A stretch of 64,000 bases of DNA, from assembly GCA_040954595.2 (NCBI GenBank), contig CM082593.2, positions 5,163,434 to 5,227,433 of the forward strand. Reading direction: 5' to 3'. A program made the translations under genes and the position numbers. Under the pieces are notes generated by a model. That model had not been told where the DNA came from. It did not search any database and was given only the letters and a program-made list of their open reading frames with translations. This stretch comes from Balanoglossus misakiensis. Taxonomy: Eukaryota > Animalia > Hemichordata. Positions 48,839 to 63,100 of this stretch are shown piece by piece (position 1 is the first letter of the stretch; the number at the start of each line of letters is the position of its first letter).

Positions 48839-50715
48839 CAAATATCTAGCCTGCCGACCCAGAGAGCGATGAAGATGCACCAAAATGCATCAATTAAACA
48901 TAAAAATGATTACACATCCTTAAACTCTAGGACTTAAAGTGCGTTAGGATCAAGTTCAGCGTAGATCACTTTGACGAATGGGTGAGTACGATGGCGGTTT
49001 TCTAGCGGCGGAGGGTCGGAATTTCTACCCAGACTTGTATGTGTGTTGCATGTAATCAAAGAGGTCACTGCGTCAAAGACGCGCGCCGTTTAACTTTTTT
49101 CGTCCACGTCGTCAGTCATTATTACCAACAAAGTTACTCCATTTGATCGAAGACCATGACTGTTTTAGCCATGGATAACTATTAGATATTGGGTGACAGC
49201 GATGCAATAGAATGTCATTCGTTTATTTCTGGGTTATTATAATGGTTGCCGTAGAGTAAAATTGATCCGGTCTGGTTTGAACGCCCCTCTCTTCTTGACT
49301 TCGTGGTCGATCGCGGATTATGTTCTAAACAGACACAGGAAAACGGAACCTTTAGTGTTCGAGTTAGGTTGGGGTCATCCACTTGATTGCCATTTGTAGA
49401 TAATTCTAGATTCAATGTAAGTTGATCATGACCGGCGAAATGTTACATTGGGCGCACTGAAATGGGCATTTTACAGCTGTTTACCCGGGCCCATTGTTTG
49501 TTTCACACACTTTGTTAGTTTGTACTTGGGTGATAAGGCAATAGGCAAATTGCAGTATTTCCCCCTATAATCCCGACAGAATTAGATCTGCGTGATTGTT
49601 GATCCGTTTTTACAGACGATTTCTGCAGACTCCAGAACAACAGATTTGGTGGACAAATAGGTGCTGCATATTTATTATGTGTGTACGTGTACGGTTGTAT
49701 TCATGAACTCCAAGCCTCGTCCTGTGATATTTTATGGCTTCTTTACTGCATTGCTCTTCTACACAGTTTTGCATACCCATAGAAAAACCTATGTGAGGTT
49801 ATTTTTGCCATCATATTCAATTATGTGTTGCCCTCAGTGTCCTAAAAAGTTTTTGTGTGCCTGGTTGCTAGACAATTTGTTAAAGATCACACTGTTTTAC
49901 CTATTAGGCTGTATACACGAAAACCTGATTTTAGATTTTTCTATCGACTTTCAATTTCTTCATATTAAATTATTTTGTTGTTATTTTATCTGCAATAAAA
50001 TAAATACCATGCTTCTCTTTAAATAAAATGTGTTATTTTTGGTAGTCGGTGTTTTAACATTACTTCCACTGGTGTAATCATTCTCCGTAAGAAGTAATCC
50101 AACCTCATGTCACGATTTGCATGTTGGCCTAATATTGATGTTTTATGTTAGGTTATCAAGGTGCGTGTGGGGAGAAGGGGGGGGGGGTAATAAATTGCTG
50201 TAATCCTTTGTATGCTGAAGCCTATAAAAAGTCGTCTACATGTATATGAGCATGGTAAAGTTTTATTCACATGCCAGATTTTATAATAATTTGAAATTTC
50301 AATTTAAATGGAAATTTTAATGACTCTGTGACAATGTAGTTGGTCTTTGCACATGCACATGGCATTGTTAATGAATCCGGTACATAGAATCATGAGCATT
50401 ATTCATGAAATTCATGCAAAGACTGAATATTAATGATCACCTGAGTGAAACAAATTAAAAAAGGGCATTAGTATAGTTTTAATAAATGACTACTATAAAT
50501 CACTTTTTTATTTATTCTATATTTTTTTATTTTCTTTCTGGAGAAGGGTGTATGCCATTCACCTTTTTTTTTTACTTTGATGCAATTTAATCCTGAATTT
50601 GTGCATTTTGATTTCAGATAATGTGAATCGAGGAGGCTGATCTCTATGCCCACAGTTCAGTACACACAACTGAGAAGACCAGCGAACTTATATTTCGTGA
50701 GTAGAGACTTTTGAC

Positions 50716-53700
50716 ATGGAAACGTCGGATGTTGCAGCTGACATACAAGCTGAACTGGACAATATACTAGCGAGCACCGGAGTGGACAAATCCGCGCTGA
50801 TCACGATGACTCCAATCACGGACGGACAGTCGGCGACCTCGGTCTTCCCTGTGAGCGTGGCCATGTCGAGTTCGGCCACGACGTCGACGACTGCGGTGCC
50901 CATCACGATTATCAACGCCGCAGCCTCTGCAGCACAGACCACCCAGGGGCAAGCGACGAACGCCAGCAATACTTCGAAAAACACTGTGGTGGTGACGTCG
51001 GTGACGTCGTCCCCGCAGAAAATCGTGTCGGTGGCGCAAGGCGGCGGTAAGACGCTGGCGCCCTCGACGCCGCCCAGGACTATAGCGGGGATCAAACGGC
51101 CCGCGCCCTCGGGGAGTGGGCAGTATGTGACGAAAGTGATATTTACCAAGAACCCTATGATCAGCAGGCCAGTGACGAACGCGGTGACAATGACGAACGT
51201 GCCCCTGAGCCACATGCCCACGTCGGTGGTGCAGACATTATCGCAGGGTTCGTCGCCGGTCAAGCTGGTGACGGTGTCCGGGGGCAACGTGACCGCCAAG
51301 GGTATTGTGTTGACCTCGCCGACAAAGAACCAGCTGGCGCCCGCCAACAAGATTGCAATCTCCCCGTTGAAGAGTCCGGCGAAGATCGTCACGAAGCCGC
51401 TGCTGGTCACCACGCCCAAGAAGATCGCGCCGGCTCCCATTCACCTTCCGGGGCAGATTCAAACGCAAGGGGGTGCCTCTGTCGTCAAGGCACCACTGGT
51501 TGCCGGGACGTCAGGCGTGACCACGATGACCATTGCCAAAACCGCTTCCACAACTCAGGTTGCCACCGTAACGGTTCGTACTTCCCAATATTTTTTTTAC
51601 GCAGATGTCTGTCATGAGTTTTCTATGTTCTTTTCGGAATGTAGCAGCAAAACTGTGGAAAGGTGTGAGTTACAGTTGAAAGTACATGTAAAACCTGTCT
51701 AAACTGAACACCAAAGGGACTGAAGAAATACTTCAGTTTGCCAAGATGTCTGGTTTATGGAGGTTCTTCTTTGGGTCTATGTCAAAGGGACAGGAATTGG
51801 TGTTCAGTATAGACATGTTTCCAGCTTAGATGGTCCAGCTTAGACAGGTTTTACTGTACTTGCTAAGAGTGTGGGAAGTTTCAAGACATAAACTGATACC
51901 AGACTTGTATTTCAACCTGTTTATTCCCCCGAAATGAGAACTGTGTGGAAACTATATGTGTTTGACTATTTTTCATAGACGGGTGGCAAACCTGTAGGGG
52001 TGCATGGCGTAAACAACAAGGCAGGCATACCGGCCACCATGCAGCAAATCCAAGTACCTGGCAGTAAGTTCACCTACGTCAGACTGGTCAGTTCAGCAGC
52101 TTCAAGTGTTACCAATACGTTAGGTAAGTGGATGACCTCCTTCGATCATCAGTCAGTCACCAATCAGATATTCAGTAGTAGATTTGCTATGTCTAATATA
52201 CTGTAAAACGGGTTATTTTCGCGAGCAATAGATTTTCGCGAAATACGCGAGAGTAAAAGAACGTAAAAAATAAAAATCGCTAAATATTTTGGGGAGATAA
52301 CAATGCAGTTAGTGAAATACGAGAACGCAAAAAATTGATCCTCGTCTAACAGTTGCCTCTTTAGATATAACGAAAATTTCCTGGCGCGAAAATAAGCCGT
52401 TTTACAGTACTTTCTCCACAACCTAACAAAAATAATACACAGACCGTAATAACCAGTATTACGTTTCATCAAACGAACTACACCAACTCGCTGAAAAAAA
52501 TGACAGTTTCCATCCTTTGTGCCAATTTTTCTTGTAGCAAAACCCATCGCCCCGGCAACCATTCCAAAGCCCATCCAACCAGCCACCATGACAGTAGCGT
52601 CGGTCAACCAGCCGCACCTTACGACCTCGTCGGGCGGGCAGATCAAAGTAGCAGCTGTACCCATCGCCCCGGCTCAGCAGGTGAGTGGCATCATCCTACT
52701 CAACTTCAGCCTTCCACCCCTCCTTCGGGAGTTGGTGAGACCCGCACTGTTGTCAGTGATGGGACTGATCCATGTGTGCAGGAATAGGGAGGTGGGAGGG
52801 TTGGAGATTGTACTCAAATGCCCACTTTGGTGGACTACAATCAAAGATGAATGTGTAAGAAAAGATTTCAGAAGAACGGGAGCTTTCTTGTCATTTCTTC
52901 TAGCAATATTATATGAGGAATAGGCGTAACATTATAATGTTCTTAAAACCTTCTTCTGGCCTTTTTTTTCCAGTTGATAAAACAACCGACCACAGTTCCC
53001 GTAACGCTCAGCACAGCACAGCCAGGCAGACTTCTCATGCCGGCCAATGCCTTGCCGCAGTTGAGACCCGCCACACAACCTGGTGTGTCGCAGCTTCCGG
53101 CTGGCACGACGGTGTTTGCCACGACGGGTCCCGGTAACGTGGTGCAGGGGTATGCTGTGGTACCTGCCCAGTTTGTAGCCCAGGTGAGTAAGTCAGTGAT
53201 GCAGTGGTCAGTTTCTGTTATTCTTATCTGTCTCGTTGTATGTTGTTTATCAGCACTGAGATACTAGTATTCCCTGTTGTGATTGTCGCAAGTGGCAAGA
53301 GAGGTCCACCAAAATTGTGAAAAGAAATTCCAAGTTAAACTTCAGTATCATATAGCTGTATGTTGCTGTTGTATACATGTATAACCATCAAATCATCTAC
53401 CAGTTTTTGTTATTCGAAACTTCTTTGTAAGCCCACATGTATGACCTTGAGATGCCAAAGTTTTTTGTGGAATGAATTTTACTGGCTGTACCCACAGTGT
53501 TGAGTCACACAAATATGCTGTTGTGTGCTTATGGTCATTGAGAATATGTGGATTCTCTCCCCAGCTGCAACACCAACAGCAGCAACAGAAACCGCAGCAG
53601 ACAGCCACAGCCAGCAGCTACGTGCCCATCGCTACCAACAACTACCAACCCCCTGCGGTGTCGAGACTTCCTGTCAATGGGTGAGTGTAGAAATCTGTGA

Positions 53701-55479
53701 CTTCAAAACTCGTCTTCGGTTTCTGAGATTGTTGCTATGGTAAACGCACTGCTGTGATGTTTTGTGTGCTTGTCATAAATAACATGTGTGTCTTGTTCTG
53801 TAATGGGTGGTTTCTTGTTTCTGTAACAGATCTATGCAGCCTGATCAACCGGGCACACGGCCCAGGAAACCCTGCAACTGCACCAAGTCGCAGTGTCTCA
53901 AATTGTAAGTTCAACTCAATTTTCTATATTTATACACTTACCTCTCCCTGCATCTCGGCAAATGGGTTGGGGTTTGACCAACGTCGATGCCAAAAATGCT
54001 AACTAAAATCATGTGCAATAAACTTGCACAGGTTTTGCATTGTGATTTATGCGAACACAACCCTCCCCTACCCATTGACATCGGCATAAATGCACATTAT
54101 ACTGAATGAAGGCTCATGTAAGCGTGTTGTGTGATATCCTTGAAACCTCCTCTGTTACGGGTTACAACTGATGTGCAATCAATCCCCCCCCCCCTCCAGA
54201 TACTGCGACTGTTTTGCCAACGGCGAATTCTGCAACAACTGCAACTGTTCCAACTGCTCCAACAACCTGGAGCACGAAACGGAGCGGGGCAAGGCCATCA
54301 AAGCCTGTCTGGACCGCAACCCGCTGGCCTTCCACCCGAAGATCGGCAAGGGGAAAGAGGGGGAGGCCGACCGGAAGCACAACAAGGGGTGCAATTGCAA
54401 GAGGTCTGGTTGTCTGAAAAACTACTGTGAATGTTATGAGGTGAGTCTTGGTTATATGCGACATCTCTGTGAAGAGAAAAATGGTTTTTGATGAGAAAGA
54501 TGCAATGTACAAGCATGGGCAATCGAAATATGCACTTTGGCCTGCTGCTCTGGAAATATAGCCGAACCAACCTCTCAAGTGGTACAAAATCATTCCTAAA
54601 TACTTCCATTCTGTGTTGCAGGCCAAAATTATGTGCTCCTCGTCGTGCAAATGCGTGGGGTGCAAGAACTTTGAAGAAAGCCCGGACCGCAAGACGCTGA
54701 TGCACCTTGCAGACGCTGCCGAAGTCCGAGTTCAGCAACAGACGGCCGCCAAGACCAAGTTATCTTCACAAATACAGGATCTTCCATCAAAACCTTCAGC
54801 TGTAGCTAATACAGGGGCAAGGTGGGTGACCTGTCATTCATATACATAATTGTTCGGTTTACAGAGGTGTCTGGTTTATAGAGGCTCTTCTAACATGCGA
54901 TTCTATGTGAAAGGGACTGGAAAATGGGTTCAGATTAGACAGGTTTTACTGCTGCATCAGAACTTTCTAATTCTGAATCTTTCTCATTCAGAACCAGTGG
55001 CTACATTTCTCAAATTGTGTAGCATTTGTTAAAATTTGTAATCCCACCTCGATTGCAGGCTTCCATTTTCGTTCGTGACGTCAGAGGTTGCCGAGGCAAC
55101 CTGCCAGTGTCTTCTGGCCCAGGCAGAAGAGGCAGAGAGGAACAATATGGCGCATGAAGATGCAGAAAAAATGATTCTGGAAGAGTTCGGGAGGTGTCTT
55201 TTGCAAATTGTCCATTCGGCAAGCAGAACAAAAGGTGAACAGTTTTTATTTTTCATATTTATTTAGTCAGAAGTTTTAGCAATGCAGAATTTGCAGATTA
55301 TGCTAGCACATGTGAAACTAAAATAAAAGAAATATTGGTGAGGAAAATGGATGCATTGTCTGAGAAATACAATATTGCCACTTGGGGGCGCTGTACGTTC
55401 CGCAACCTGAGCCTGTTCACTCGGGGGTTACATCTATAATAATGTACTTTCTTAATCTTTTACAGCACCACCATCCTGA
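50716..55479 (+). CDS. LIN54: LIN54 (MuvB/DREAM subunit, two CXC/tesmin domains)
   Basis: Exons 50716-~51567, 51979-52123 ([14 protein letters not shown]), 52538-52680, 52974-53183, 53565-53680, 53830-53904 ([16 protein letters not shown]), 54200-54440 (YCDCFANG...[10 protein letters not shown]...[18 protein letters not shown]), 54622-54821, 55059-55234, 55466-55479. Confidence 0.95.
51685..51856. mobile_element. Tc1/mariner-pogo (Tigger-like) MITE in a LIN54 intron
   Basis: TA|CATGTAAAACCTGTCTAAACTG ... CAGCTTAGACAGGTTTTACTG|TA: terminal inverted repeats with TA flanks. Confidence 0.75.
52201..52407. mobile_element. MITE with TA target-site duplication in a LIN54 intron
   Basis: TA|CTGTAAAACGGGTTATTTTCGCG ... 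CGCGAAAATAAGCCGTTTTACAG|TA; 23-bp TIRs with one mismatch. Confidence 0.85.
54851..54951. mobile_element. Truncated right half of the same MITE family as 51685-51856
   Basis: Shares GTCTGGTTTAT.GAGG...CTATGT.AAAGGGAC.GGAA...TTAGACAGGTTTTACTG with the 51685 element. Confidence 0.7.
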
Positions 55480-58400
55480 GAAGAAGCTTTTATATATTTG
55501 ATGTACGCACGATCGTCAAGTCTGAGGTTAGGGCCAGTTTCCTGTCCTGAGAAGAAAAGACGTGGAATCATTTTATTCTGAAGTGTATAAATTTTACAGG
55601 GAAATTCAAAAAACAGTCTCTGTTGCAACACATACCTCAGCAAACTTCTTCGGAGAAGAGGGGCCTGGAAAATATCATGCATGTTGTTTTCGTATGACTT
55701 AGGTCTACAAGAGGTGTTTTGTGTGTCTTTTGGGTGAAAGAGGTTCTCCAGGTAATGCAGCTGTGATCAGGTTTCATGCTGCATTGGTTTGAAATCTGTC
55801 CTGTCCAACATCCTTGTGCTGCAAATAGCTCGACTCTGGAATGAAATTGGCACGTCCCTACTTCCGGACAAGTGGCACATCTCGATTTCCGGAGCATTCA
55901 GGACGTGAGGAAGTCAGGTGATGCCGGCACGAGGACAAGTGTCTCCGGGGGTGAAAGGGCAAAGGTCGTGTTTCAAGAGAACAACAAAGGTCATATTCCG
56001 GGTGAATACAGGACAATCAAAATACCCGTATTCGGAGTCCATGCAAAACATAGAAATGTCTCGATGCAGCTGGATCAGAACAGAACAGCTGATGGTATGT
56101 GTACAAGTTTCAGACTGTCTTGATTTTCTCTGGCCAAATCCTGTAAAATGCATATTGTACAAATATATTTTGTGTGTAGAGAAGAGACTTTTAGAACAGC
56201 AGTTTAGCTTCAAATGACAATTCAACTGCAAACAAAATGTGCAGTTCTCGTTACTAAGATAATGCGATGCCTGATATTAGTCGTGTTAATATGATGGCTG
56301 TTGTACGTCCAGCATTGTAGGACAAATATCTTTATCTGTGTTCAGTTTTCCTTTTGAAAGAAGATATTTGGAAGAAAATGCATGCTTGAAAATCCAATTT
56401 TGATAATCACTATTTATCTTTTTTGAATCAATTATATCTGGTAAACTGTCATATTTCCTTTCACATATTCTTTATGAATGGTGGAATGTGAACTGTCATT
56501 AGGGCTGGGTTTTTTTTCCTGTGATGAATTTTTGAAAAGATGCTGTAAATATATATGTCTGTTCTGTATTTGTTCTGTGGGCTACACATGCAGTTAACCC
56601 CCATCCCTGAACTTGTGTCAAAAAGCATTATCCAGCATATATCCAGTTTTTCATATTTTTTGAAATGGTGTACATAGTATCTCTTTGTGTACTTGTTGGT
56701 CGTATACAAACCCCTGTGTAAACTGTAGCGTCATTATTTTTATTTTGAACCCAAGCTAAGAAAGATTGACTGCCTTTTACACCAACCTCTACTTGCAAGT
56801 ACTTGGTACCACCCATATTACCAAAATCACTTAAGTTCACCCAAATTTGGGAGGGGAAGCATATTAAAATCAGAAATGCAACTTACTAGTATTGGAAAAT
56901 GTCTTGAAATATATCAGTAGGTATTTTTCAACTGGCATAGGGGAGCACACTGAGGTCAAAGGCAGGTCTTAATTTAAGCAGCATAGGTGGCACAATAAGG
57001 TCAAAGTTCACTTTACTACGCACAGTTTCAAGTAACTGTTCTGCTAGCTCTTCCCATTTTCCGCATCAAAATTCTCTGCCCACTCTTAATTTATGCATGA
57101 TTATTCCGTCAGAATTTATTAATTATTTGAGAGACGACATTTATCGGAAATGAATTTATACTAATGCTATTTGTAGATAATTATTTACAGAATGTGTTTG
57201 CAAGCTTTATGCAAAGTACAAAGTAATTCTTTCCCCTTGTATGTTTTCCCGTGATCATATAAATATAGCTTGGTTTCTTGCAAGGGTCTTCTCTAAAATA
57301 TTTTCAGCTGCTGATAAGATTTTTTCAAAATCTATTTCGACAATTAAATTTGTTGGTGTAATATTGCTACTGAAGGTTAGTTGAAAGTGGGGCTTTAACT
57401 GATTGGTTTACAGTTGTGAAAATTATCTTGGTCTGATTTCTCTGTTCCTCCCATCTTGATTTGCCCCTCATTCAGTTTGTGTATGTCATGAATTTTGCTG
57501 TCTGTCTGTGCGTGTGTCTGTCTGTCTATGTCCGTGTCTCATCATTTCTGGTGCATACCATACCCCTTAACTTTCTGTAGAATCTCCCCTCTCCCAGATG
57601 AATTGTTTGAATCCTAAATTTGCATTAAATTTTTCTGTTTTCTGTCGAGATGTGACTTTACCTGCACAGGACACACTGCCACTTATCAGGTATTCTTGAG
57701 GCTCCTTCACTAAAATTCTTTATGTGCCATCAGCAAAAGGGTTTTTGTAGAACAAATCAAGAAAAACAAACATACATGTACTGTTAAATGCTGAGAAAAA
57801 TTACAGCCCTTTAGTGTGGAAAAAAATTTGATGCGCTACAACTGTATATTGGGTTAATCATATATTTGACATTTTTCCCCAAAACTGCAAACAAAGAATT
57901 TTATTGAAGGTGCCTAAACTTGCAATTGAATTTTTACGATTAATATTCTGAGAGAGGGGTAATCTTTGAATGACTAAGCCAACTGCATTTGTCTTTCGTA
58001 ATGTATATCAATTTAATGTTGGAAATGATGTGTATAAGCAGTTTGACTTTATTTTTCCTGGCTAGTTTGTCGGTAGTCAAATAATAGAATATAACCATGT
58101 ACATGTGGAAGGTGAATTTTCGCTGTTTTGTAAAGACAGGCAATGTAATTACTAATCTATTTGCAACTTTTAACAGAGTTTTTTGGTAGCGTCAGAAGAT
58201 GGGATACCGGAAGACTGAGGCATTCACCGGTCTTCAAATTTTAACTGTACGATAGAGTATTTTCCCAGCGTTCCAGTTTAGTGTAGTTTTTCCGATCACT
58301 GTGTGAAAACATGGAATTCGATGATGGACGTGGAAACATTTAAACGTCGAGGCAGTTGCTGTGAATGTTTCAGATCGAGTCAACAGGTTGATGTCTTTTA

Positions 58401-59468
58401 GGGAAGTACTGCAAAGAAAGTGAACTTCGGGGAGAACTAAACCCTGCTTGAGCTTTGCGTGATATCAGAGATTTTTGCACAAAGTCAAAAGTATTTTCAA
58501 AGCACATGTGATAATCAAAAAAAATCATTGTATACCTCTGCTTGATCTCTGAGCTATGGGTCTGTATGGCAAGGAATCAGTGTCTGAAAAAAATACAGTG
58601 AATTTAACTTTCCATATCTCTTTACACACTGTTGAGACACTTCAGAGGGTGAACTGTACTATAATGAACTAGAAGGCCAGCTAAGTGTCTTTCCGATAAA
58701 ATATGATAACCGAGGCTAGTAATAGACATTGAAGGGAGAAATATCCATTCTCGTTTGCCATACATATGTTGTTACTATTTTAAGAACTATTGGAAGTCCC
58801 AAGTAGGAAAAAAATAACGCACATAGTAGCGCTTCAAAATTTGGTATGGTGCTTAACAAATGTAAGCAGCTTAAAGAACGCCAGACGGCAACTTAACACA
58901 GATTTGTGTGTAAATGTCTTATTAATAGTTTTATTCCAAACGTACAAAATTTGAAGACAGTGTACAAGCATCTGAAATCCTTTTTTTGTATATTGCAGAT
59001 AACATGTTGAGAATTGTCATATTCCTATTGGGGGGAAAATACATACGGCAGTGCATACATCAATTTCATATTGCTGACCTTTTTCCCAAGTTCATTGACC
59101 TGTATGACCTTTGACCCATTCATACATCCCAAAAAACCTTTGACCTGTATATCCTTTTGGATTTGAGTGTACATACAAGAGGCATTCGTTTTGCTTGTAC
59201 ATGTCATCTTTGCATTTCAGCATTTTTATAAGAAAAAAAATAACCAACAATGTTTGAGAAATATTCCATGCTGTGAGTGTTCAATCCTAGCAGTATTGTA
59301 GACATCATACCAGTTTGAATATTGAAGTCATAACACACCTCACGGCACTGCCTCCTTTTGTATCACAGTCCACAACAATGAAATAAATGTTAATACATTA
59401 GAGCAAGATTCTCTCCTCTGTTTTCTTTCATGCACTTGAATACTTGCAATTCTCACTACCTTAAATAG

Positions 59469-59567
59469 GTTTTTGCTACCTAAGTTAATGATAAAAATTA
59501 GTTTTTGCTACCTAGGTGAATGATAAAAAATTAAACAGGTTTTTGCTACCTAGGTGAGTGGTAAAAA
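59469..59567. repeat. Minisatellite, 3 x ~32-38 bp, between LIN54 and the opsin
   Basis: GTTTTTGCTACCTA(A/G)GT(T/G)A(A/G)TG(A/G)TAAAAA occurs three times. Confidence 0.85.
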
Positions 59568-60139
59568 TCCCACGTGGTTGACAGATTATCAAGCTTATTC
59601 AAAAGCTAAGTCTTACAGCTTGCTGTGTTTTGTTGATCACCAGAAAATTTTCCTGTAAGGATAAGAGCATTTCTACTCAATGCATATTCCATTTATTCAC
59701 GGGGGTGAGGACATTGATCACAGCAAGATGCTTAATTATGAGACAGATAATTTCACTTTCTAGTGAATTAATGAAATAAAAGACATACTATGGCGCGGTT
59801 GTTGGTATTGACCTCATTTGGGTTGAATTGTTTTGCTTCATAAAAACTGCACCGCCCGTGAACTTTATATTGTATTGCCTGATCTGCACAATACACGGTG
59901 ATTTCAATATAAAGTGTCTCTCAATTACACATATTGTTCGGTCACACACGGTTCCCGCACCGCGAAGCCATTTCACTCAAATGCGTGTAGTCTGTCAGTG
60001 TGCATATGGTGTTTTCTTTGTCAAGTAGGGGTTGGGCTGGCTATCAAAGGTATACAGCAGACCGGTCGTAAAAACACCGCTTGAAGGTAGGAAGAAAAGT
60101 GCCGCTCCCTCGAGTCCTTTTAGCGGGTTGCGTGAGATC

Positions 60140-63100
60140 ATGGCAGCGACGGAGACCGAAGAGATTCCTGAGGCCCCGGCTCTACTGACTGCGGAGCAGC
60201 ATTATGCGATCTCGGTGACGTTGTTCGCCTTCGGTAAGAACCACTCACGACACCCCCAGCACTAGTTCTTTATGCGATAGTGCAGGAACCCTACAAGTTT
60301 AAACGCACGTAGGCATGCACAATTTGGTGATTCTGTTTTCGTGAAACCATGGAATGAGGTAACATGTGGTACGTCCATGGCGAAACGTTTACTTGACAGG
60401 TGGCTATTTCACCACCACACATAAAAGGATCTAGGACGGACACACCGTCTGTTTTTCTAGCTATGGACAATCAGAAAGTCGGGTAATCTTACAGCATACG
60501 TCGACAATTGTCTACGAAATGGCACAAACACGAACACATATCCCGACACAGGAGATAAACGTCTTTATCTGTATTCTGTTTTAATCGCCTACGTCTTGTA
60601 CGCACGACCTCTCCATTTCGTTTGTTCATATCATGAGACCACATTGTACCTTACGACCCGATAAATACACAGCCTTTATTTATCACAATGGTCCATCGCT
60701 GGGGCTCGTTTCGTCTTGGAGAGACCTAGCCCATTATATAAGATAGGCAGATTGTGGGCTTTCTAGCGTGTTTACTGTGCTCAGAATGGTGTTGGAATAT
60801 AATTCATTTCCACAGCCTGCGATGTTTTCTCATAGTCAGTACAGTGAAGATCACGAAGCCTTGCGAAATCCACCGACTATACACGCTGAGACGTGAGGTC
60901 GTGCCGTCCCACCACCTGTGCGAGTGGCCAATCGGTCATTCACTCAACGCGCACAAGGTGTTGGTGTTGCTATAGCGACTTGAATAATTGACCCGTTAAG
61001 TTTGGTGTTCACACTTTGAAAAACGAGCTCTGCTCTGATAAATCCACTTCAAGCATGTATCGGAGGAATATGTCGAACAAATGTCTAATTATCACCAATT
61101 TGCGCTTAGTGATTTTTCAAAAATGCGTCGTTTAGTTTCTGTCAATTGTGCGATATAACTGTTGTTTCGTTGTTTCCACAGCCATCATAGGAACGGTGAT
61201 GGGCAGCATGAATATCCGGATGTTTCTGTCAAGCCCAGAATTGATTTCCAAAGGCGGTATATTCTACCTGAACATGGTTATCACAGATGTCTGTAAGTAT
61301 GGTCGATTATCTGTTACTCAGATACGTGCACGCTTTGTTGAGAAATTCGGGAGAAAAATACTGGACAAAATCGCCAAAAGTTCGAGTTACCGGGGCTTTA
61401 AACCACTGAGCTGCATATCACGCCTATTCTTAATGAGGAACGGGGATTAGTGATAATGTAAATCGGCTTTATTGGGAAATTCAAAGAAAAAAGGAAATTA
61501 ATTTTCCTATATACTAGTAGTTTAGATACTTTTAATATACCACTCTATTACACAAAGACCTGAATATCGAATATCGAATATATTTACGAAAGAAAGAGAC
61601 TGTACATCTCAAAAGGGAGGACAGACGCTCGGCGCATCTGATAAACGTTGAATATTCTTCAGTCGTCTGACCACGTCGTTGTCATGGAAATCGATGAAAC
61701 CCGTAGCCACGTTTCCTGCGTTGCAGGAAGTCGCTATTGTTCTGCAGTTTTCAATGACCTGCGCAGCGTGCAACACCTTTCAAGGCGACAAACGCGTTGA
61801 TTTATTCCAGCGAGAGTGGACATTTACGAAAATGGGCGATAGATAACGGGGATATACGCTTATCGTTGTCAAGATTGGGGTAAAATTGACCCCGGTTATT
61901 GCAAAGTTCATCACCAATCACCAGATGTTTCAAATGTCAGCACTGTCGTCCGTCTGTACCTCTAGTGTCCGCCGTCTGTACATGGCCAGTTTTAGTCTTT
62001 TTGACCAGGCAGTTTCAGTTCATTATGGTTCAGAGCAGTGTCGCTCATAGTATTGATAAAATCACGATGGCAGAAAAACACAAACAAAACCGTTCCCACT
62101 CTGATGACTCTGTTTACAATCAGCAAAAAAAAAAATCCCGTCTTTTTCCCCCAACAGGTATGGCCATGCTTGAGTCCCCTTTTACTGCGATTTCTCATAT
62201 GTATCGTAGCTGGTTTTTGGGCGACTTTGTCTGCCAGACGTACAGTTTCGCCGGAATGTTTTTCGGCATCACAAACATATTTATGTTAATGTTCATCAGT
62301 TTGGATCGCTTTTGGACAATTTCATCCCCGACCGATGGTAAGTGGATGACGGCGCGAGTTTTTTTATATCATGGCTATAATGATATAGATTATTTCTCTT
62401 TTCGTAAATATTTTGGACCATACCCTGACCATTGGCCAAACAAATTTTAATGTACATGTACATGTACATACAAAGCGTGTAAATCTAAATGCTTGGCTCC
62501 GTTACATACATGTATTGCGGGTATTGCATGACGTAATGACCTTCTTGTTTCCCTTGCATTGATCGTCGGCCAATCGCCTTTCTTTTTTCTCCACAGCCCA
62601 GCAAAAGGCAAAATACTACACATACATGGTGGCGTTTGGTTGGCTGAGCGGTCTGGTCTGGGCAGCTGCGCCCTTGCCACCGTTCGGCTGGTCCAGCTAC
62701 GCTATTGAAATCTCAGGCGCAAGCTGTGCACTGGACTACATGACGAACGACGCCACCTATGTTCGATACATCATCGCTCTCACCTTGTGCTGTTTTGTGG
62801 TGCCCATAACGATCATGCTGTACAGTTACGGGAAGGCGATTTCTGTTGTCAAGGGTTCCGGGAAAGTGACCGATTGGGCCGATGAAACTAATGTTTCCTT
62901 GGTAAGTATTCTGATACAAGGACAAAAACACCTGAGTCCACAAATAAAAATAACCCAAAAGGTCAACAGAGCGAAATACAAAGCAAAACAAAACGCAGAT
63001 ATTTCACTTTCCATCTTCAAGCCGAAAATTCTGTTAATTAATTTTAGATCTTATAAACTTTGAGGCCAACGCTCACACAAAAATGTGTTGAAAAGGGATA

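Noticed and set aside
50688-51440. 250-aa minus-strand ORF, plus similar antisense ORFs at 11992-12765 and 54162-54738
   Set aside because: Antisense shadows of GC-rich LIN54 and TMEM45 coding exons, with no independent protein signature.
59469-59567. Repeat-spacer appearance suggestive of CRISPR
   Set aside because: The units are nearly contiguous without unique spacers, in a eukaryotic context with no cas genes; it is a minisatellite.
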